From positions 1-30,947 of the IMG/VR virus record IMGVR_UViG_3300044216_001273: a DNA stretch of 30,947 bases. One strand, given 5' to 3'. Origin of the DNA: a virus (Duplodnaviria > Caudoviricetes). The notes below the pieces were generated by a model. The model did not search any database and was not told the origin of the DNA. It worked only from the letters and a program-made list of their open reading frames with translations. The position numbers and the translations under genes were made by a program. Below are positions 25,845-30,947 of this stretch, one piece after another (positions within the stretch are counted from its first letter, which is position 1; every line of letters begins with the position of its first letter).

Positions 25845-25847
25845 AAT

Positions 25848-26183
25848 ATGATTATATTAACAACATCCACAGGTGCCCAGAGTTTTAAGATAATTCCTAG
25901 AAGTACACCAAGCTCTGTGACATTTGAACTTACTGATAAATCTAAACGTACAACAAGTGCAGTTTCAGTCACAGTAAGCAATTCAAACGGGTATATGACA
26001 GTTAATGGTAGTTTTAATTTAATTGCCAATAGATTTTATTCGTTTATAGTAAAAGATGGTAGTACAGTTATTTATAGAGGTTCTATATTTTGTACTGACC
26101 AAACAGATTATAATGTATTTGATGTTCATTCTGGAGATTATACAACAGAGAACTCATACGATAATGATTTTGTAATATTATGA
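25848..26183 (+). CDS. Putative virion (head-tail) protein
   Basis: ATG 25848 (MIILTTST...) is preferred; beta-rich; ATGA overlap with the portal gene. Confidence 0.6.
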   Translation: MIILTTSTGAQSFKIIPRSTPSSVTFELTDKSKRTTSAVSVTVSNSNGYMTVNGSFNLIANRFYSFIVKDGSTVIYRGSIFCTDQTDYNVFDVHSGDYTTENSYDNDFVIL

Positions 26184-27442
26184 CAAAAAAAAGTAACAGA
26201 GCAATGAGAAAAAGATTAAGTGCTCCAAAACCAAAATTAGAAGTACAACAAGGTAAAATTCATGTTGTGAATCTTTCTTCATATACAAGACCTGAGATTA
26301 GTGAAAGATATAATCAAGAATGGATTGAATATGGAGACGATAACAATTATTTCAAATACCTAATAGATAGATATAACGGAAGCCCCACAAATAATGCTGC
26401 AATAAATGGTATTGCAGAAATGATTTATGGTAAAGGATTAGATGCTGTAGATAGTATTGATAAGCCAAATGAATATAAGGAGCTAAAAGAATTATTCACA
26501 AAAGATTGTATGAAGAAGATTTGCTATGACTATAAAATGATGGGTCAAGCTGCACTTCAAATAATCTATTCTAAGGACCGTTCTAAGATTGTGCAAGTAG
26601 AACATATCCCTGTAGAGATGTTAAGGGCAGAGAAGGTAGATAACAAGGGTGTAATAAGGGCTTATTACTATGCAAAAGACTGGTCTGAAATAAAAGGTAG
26701 TAAAAAACCTAAAAGAATACCTGCATTTGGTACAAGTAACTCAGGATTAGAAATATTATATATTAAACCTTATAGAGCAGGATTTTATTATTATTCTCCT
26801 GTAGATTATCAAGGAGGATTACAGTATGCAGAACTTGAAGAAGAGATAGCAAATTATCATATCAATAATATTCAAAATGGTCTTGCACCAAGTATGCTTA
26901 TTAACTTTAATAACGGAGTACCTACGGAGGAACAAAGAGAGCTTATTGAGAGAAGTATTCATGAAAAATTTAGTGGTTCTAGTAATGCTGGTCGTTTTAT
27001 ATTGGCATTTAATGATAGCAAAGACCTTGCAGCTTCTATAGAACCTGTCATACTTTCTGATGCTCATGAGCAATATAAGTTTTTATCTGATGAATCTATG
27101 AGAAAGGTTATGGTATCACACAGAATTGTATCTCCTATGTTAGTAGGTATAAAGGATACTACTGGTCTTGGCAATAATGCTGAAGAGTTACAAACAGCTT
27201 CAATACTTATGGATAATACAGTAATCAGACCTATGCAAGTAACTATACTTGATGAATTAGAAAAGATATTAGATTACAATGGTATTGAATTAGATATATA
27301 CTTTAAAACACTACAACCTCTTGAATTTACTGATTTGACTAATGCAATTACGGATGCTGAAGTAGAAAAAGAAACAGGTATAAAAAAAGATGATGTAGAA
27401 CCAGAACAAGAGATTGAACAACCTGAAAATATAGAAGAATAA
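26180..27442 (+). CDS. Portal protein
   Basis: 420 aa; SPTNNAAING, YYSPVDY, NNIQNGLAPS, GSSNAG and HRIVSPMLVGI fit an HK97-like portal layout. Confidence 0.85.
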   Translation: MTKKSNRAMRKRLSAPKPKLEVQQGKIHVVNLSSYTRPEISERYNQEWIEYGDDNNYFKYLIDRYNGSPTNNAAINGIAEMIYGKGLDAVDSIDKPNEYKELKELFTKDCMKKICYDYKMMGQAALQIIYSKDRSKIVQVEHIPVEMLRAEKVDNKGVIRAYYYAKDWSEIKGSKKPKRIPAFGTSNSGLEILYIKPYRAGFYYYSPVDYQGGLQYAELEEEIANYHINNIQNGLAPSMLINFNNGVPTEEQRELIERSIHEKFSGSSNAGRFILAFNDSKDLAASIEPVILSDAHEQYKFLSDESMRKVMVSHRIVSPMLVGIKDTTGLGNNAEELQTASILMDNTVIRPMQVTILDELEKILDYNGIELDIYFKTLQPLEFTDLTNAITDAEVEKETGIKKDDVEPEQEIEQPENIEE

Positions 27443-27945
27443 TGGCAACAGCACTATTTATTAAAAGAGCAGATTTAGTAAAGAATACAGCAATAAATGC
27501 TAATGTAGATACTGATAAATTTATACAGTTTATTGCATTAGCACAAGAGATACATGTTCAGAATTATTTAGGTACTGATTTATATGATAAAATAAGTGCT
27601 GATATAATTGCAGGAACATTATCTGGTGATTATTTAGATTTAGTAAATGATTATATACAACCTATGTTAATTCATTTTGCTATGGTAGAATATTTACCAT
27701 TTGCTGCATATTCTATTTCAAATGGAGGTGTATTTAAGCATAATTCAGAAAATAGTTCTCTTGCCAGTAAAGAAGAGATTGATTTCTTAATTCAAAAGGA
27801 GAGAGACTTTGCTGAGTATTATGTACAAAGATTTATTGATTATATGAGTTTTAATGCACCAAGTAAATTTAGCGAGTATTATAGTAACAACAATGAAGAT
27901 ATATATCCTGATAAAGATACAGGTTTTCACGGATGGCAACTATAA
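27442..27945 (+). CDS. Putative head-tail adaptor
   Basis: Helical 167 aa protein after the portal; AQEIHVQNYLGTDLY. Confidence 0.6.
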   Translation: MATALFIKRADLVKNTAINANVDTDKFIQFIALAQEIHVQNYLGTDLYDKISADIIAGTLSGDYLDLVNDYIQPMLIHFAMVEYLPFAAYSISNGGVFKHNSENSSLASKEEIDFLIQKERDFAEYYVQRFIDYMSFNAPSKFSEYYSNNNEDIYPDKDTGFHGWQL

Positions 27946-28028
27946 AAAAGACATACAAACCTAAAGAGGTAAATAAAAAGAAACTATTAACTTATCTTAA
28001 AAAGATAAATAATAAAACAAATAAATAA
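27933..28028 (+). CDS. Tiny basic protein (31 aa, not in ORF track)
   Basis: MATIKKTYKPKEVNKKKLLTYLKK...; TAATG overlap with the tail fibre start. Confidence 0.55.
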   Translation: MATIKKTYKPKEVNKKKLLTYLKKINNKTNK

Positions 28029-30944
28029 TGGCTACATTATCAGGAAATAAAATAAAAGATACTTACCAGTCATTAATCAAACTAACAGATAATGGTAATT
28101 TAACCACAGGAGCTAAACAGCTTACTGATGGTTTTGGCAATAATTCTCCTTTATATATCTCTACAACTCAAATAGGTATAGGAGTTACTCCAGAAACAGG
28201 ATATGATTTACATGTTTACTCAAATGCCAAAGTAGGAGGTAATTTAACTATAACAGGAGATTTAACAGTAAATGGAACAACAACTACTGTAGATACAGAT
28301 ACATTAAGAGTAGAAGACCCACTAATTGAAGTAGCAAGAAATAATACTTCATCAGATTCAGTAGATATTGGTATATATGGTAAATATGCACCTAGTGCTA
28401 CAACATTATATTCTGGTTTATTCAGAGATGCAGGAGATGATAAATTTAAATTATTTAAGAATTTAGAAGAAGAACCAACTACAACAGTAAACACAAGTGG
28501 AACAGGATATACAGTAGCCACTTTAGTCGCAAATGTAGAAGGAACATTAACAGGTATTATAGCTTCTAGTACAACAGCAACTACTCAAAGCACAGGAGAT
28601 AATAGCACAAAGGTTGCGACTACTTCTTATGTAGATTCTTCAGTAGGTAATTCTACACTTGCAGAAGTATTAGCAAACGGAAATACTACAGGAGGAACAG
28701 ATTTAATAGTTAGCACATCTGACCAAATATTTTTACCAGACGGAAGTGTTACAAATCCTGCAATAGCTTTTAGTAATGATACAGATAGTGGAATTTATCA
28801 TAGTGGAACACAATTTATAATAGCACACGCTGGTTCGAATAAAATGATTATTGCAAATAGTCAAGTAACATTAGAAGATAGATTGATTGTTAATGATACT
28901 ATAAATGCTGATGATGGTATTTTAATTAGTGGTGCATCAAATCCATATTTAAGCATACACGATGAAACAAATGAAACTTATACTGCTTTATGGTCAGGTG
29001 ATACTGAAGCAGCATTAACTTTTAGTCATAGTTTATTTAGAATAACTAGTAGTACAAATAATTTTACTGGTACTGATTTAGTTACTATTACAAGTGGAGG
29101 AAACGTAGGAATTGGAGTAACACCTGAAAGTTGGGCAACTGTTGGAAATACAAAAGCGATACAAATTTCAACAGGTGGTGCTTTATGGGAAGCTTATGAT
29201 GGTGTTTTCTTATCTAATAATTTATATTTTGATGGTGCAACTAAATATATTGCATCTCAAGCAGCATCAAGAATAGATTTAAGTTCAACAGGAGAATTTA
29301 AGTTTTTTAATGCTCCTTCTGGAACAGCAGATGCTACAGTTTCTCTTGTAGAAAGAATGCGTATAGACAGTTCGGGAATTACAACTTTAACTGCTGAAGG
29401 TTATCAACTTGCTATAAAAGATACAAGTAGTGGGAATATAAGTGAAATATTGACATCAAACACTGCGATGGGATTCTTTGCAGATAGAGCAAATGCAGTT
29501 GCAAGTACATCAATGATATTTAGTATTGATAATAGTACTAAAATGAATATAGACAGTTCTGGTGATTTAAACATATATGGAACAGATAATCGACCTTTAG
29601 CAATTACAAGTTTTAACACAGTATCAGCAGGTGCAGGATGGGACTTAGATGCAACTTCAAGTAATGGTGTAATTACAATGTCAACAGGTGGAACAGAAAG
29701 AATACGTATAACTTCTGGAGGAAACGTAGGAATTGGGACTGATTCGCCTGACACAAAACTTCACGTTGAAGGTAATCTTTTAGTAGATGCTTATAATGTA
29801 GGTGAAGACAATGGTATATTTTTAAGAGAAGGTTTTTTAACTATTGACCAACCATCTATTACAGTTTGGGATATGTCAAATAGTGGAGCTTCTCCAGATG
29901 GATTATCTATAAATGCAAACGATGGTATAAGGTTTAGAGAAAATGGAGGAGAAGTAGCAAGATTTAAAGATGGAAATTTTGGAATTGGAACTGCCTCGCC
30001 TTCTAATAATTTACAAGTTAAAACAGTTAGTAATGGTGGTGGCATAACTATACAAAGAAGTAGTACTACAAATGGTGCGTTTGCTGATTTAATGTTTTCT
30101 ATTACTACAGTAGATGCAGCAAGTCCAGAAACAAAAATTAGAGCTACAAGGGGAACGAGTTATGATGATACTGATATTTCATTTATAACAAGCAATAGCG
30201 AAAGAATGCGTATTGATAGTTCTGGTCGAGTAGGAATTGGAGGACCTCCGACATCTACAGTAAGATTAAGCACAAGAGGTTTAACTAATACAAGTGCTGA
30301 CTTTTCTTTTGAAGCTGCTAATAGTAGTGGAAATAGTTTGTTTCTAGTAAGAAGCGATGGAAACATAGGAATTAATGTGACAAGCCCAAATGCAGGTTTA
30401 CAAAATGCTTTAGGTGGAACAAGCATTCCTTCAGCAGGTGCAAATACTGGTTCTGTATGTTTTGGTAATACAACTTCTGGTAATGCTTATGGTCTTGTTA
30501 TGGGTGCTAATTCAAGTGGAGTTGGTTATATAAGTTCACAAAGAACAGATGGTTCTGCAACAACATATAATTTAGCTATACAACCTAATGGAGGAAATGT
30601 AGGAATTGGAGTTACTTCAATTCTTGCAGGTTACAAATTAGAAGTTGATGGAAGCATAGTAATTCCCTCAGGCAACATTCTTGCAAATAGAAGAGCAGAT
30701 GGTGGTAATTTTGGTTTAATAAGAGGTAATGATTCAGGAACTACTATTTTAGGTGACAATCAATCTGTACATATTTTATCATCAGGAAACGTAGGAATAA
30801 ATGAAACAAATCCATCAAGTAGTATATCAAGTAATAATACAACTTTACATATTAGTGATAGTAATGTAGCATCTTTAGTTTTAGACCAATCAACAAGTGG
30901 AAAATTTGAAATAGCAGCTGATGGATTAGGTTTAGATTTTAGAA
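28028..30944 (+). CDS. Long modular tail fibre, N-terminal part (whole gene 28028..30818 + 1..665, about 1151 aa)
   Basis: ATG 28028 (MATLSGNKIKDTYQSLIK); no stop before the window end, so it is absent from the ORF track; repeated GNVGIG and ERMRIDSSG motifs. Confidence 0.9.
30819..30944 (+). repeat. Direct terminal overlap, copy 2
   Basis: Identical to 1-126; the last 3 bases (TCT) do not match 127-129 (GAA). Confidence 0.95.
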
Positions 30945-30947
30945 TCT

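Noticed and set aside
1226-25847. Extended ORF-track starts (1226, 3194, 4111, 6376, 11546, 11892, 14291, 25812)
   Set aside because: They run into upstream genes, hairpins or promoter motifs; downstream ATGs with coupling or A-rich leaders fit better.
1186-30426. All minus-strand ORFs in the track (e.g. 1186-1542, 2257-2766, 14858-15187, 28216-28521, 29404-29754, 30160-30426)
   Set aside because: They are antisense shadows of well-supported + strand genes and show no recognisable motifs.
30819-30947. 126-bp end repeat as a biological terminal repeat or att site
   Set aside because: It lies inside a continuous ORF and its length is typical of an assembler overlap; the last 3 nt look like end noise.
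1-30947. Stop-codon reassignment
   Set aside because: Genes tile densely under the standard code, and TAA, TGA and TAG (6238-6240, 13961-13963) all end genes.
28028-30947. Diversity-generating retroelement or shufflon acting on the fibre
   Set aside because: No reverse transcriptase, invertase, template repeat or inverted cassettes were seen.

Overview
The window looks like a complete, circularly assembled ~30.8 kb tailed phage genome (Caudoviricetes, probably siphovirus-like). Bases 1-126 are repeated exactly at 30819-30944, giving a 30,818 bp circle. It is AT-rich and every credible gene is on the + strand. Perfect TTG-N19-TAnnTTTG promoters and A-rich leaders without Shine-Dalgarno sites point to a Bacteroidota (Flavobacteria-like) host. 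Modules in order: tail fibre C-terminus and lysis cassette (M15 endolysin, 3TM holin); replication/recombination (Erf, SSB-like, HTH, T7 gp4/Twinkle-like primase-helicase, PD-(D/E)XK nucleases, sigma-like factor, Nmad1/DUF1599); terminase; small early genes; and a structural operon in non-canonical order ending in a ~1151 aa tail fibre that crosses the junction and is mostly absent from the ORF track. I saw no integrase, DNA polymerase, tRNA or CRISPR array. The most interesting signals are not in the ORF track: (1) two candidate small RNAs carrying anti-AUG tracts complementary to early-gene start regions; (2) a -1 frameshift with about 190 nt of dual coding; (3) a candidate phage-sigma late promoter, ACAA-N13-TATTAnTTAT; (4) a 12-bp TGTCAGnTGGAA operator-like motif at five intergenic sites; (5) a 16-bp-period repeat array echoed 10 kb away; (6) apparent total absence of GATC together with TGGCA/TGCCA enrichment. 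All family assignments come from recognising motifs by eye, not from database searches.
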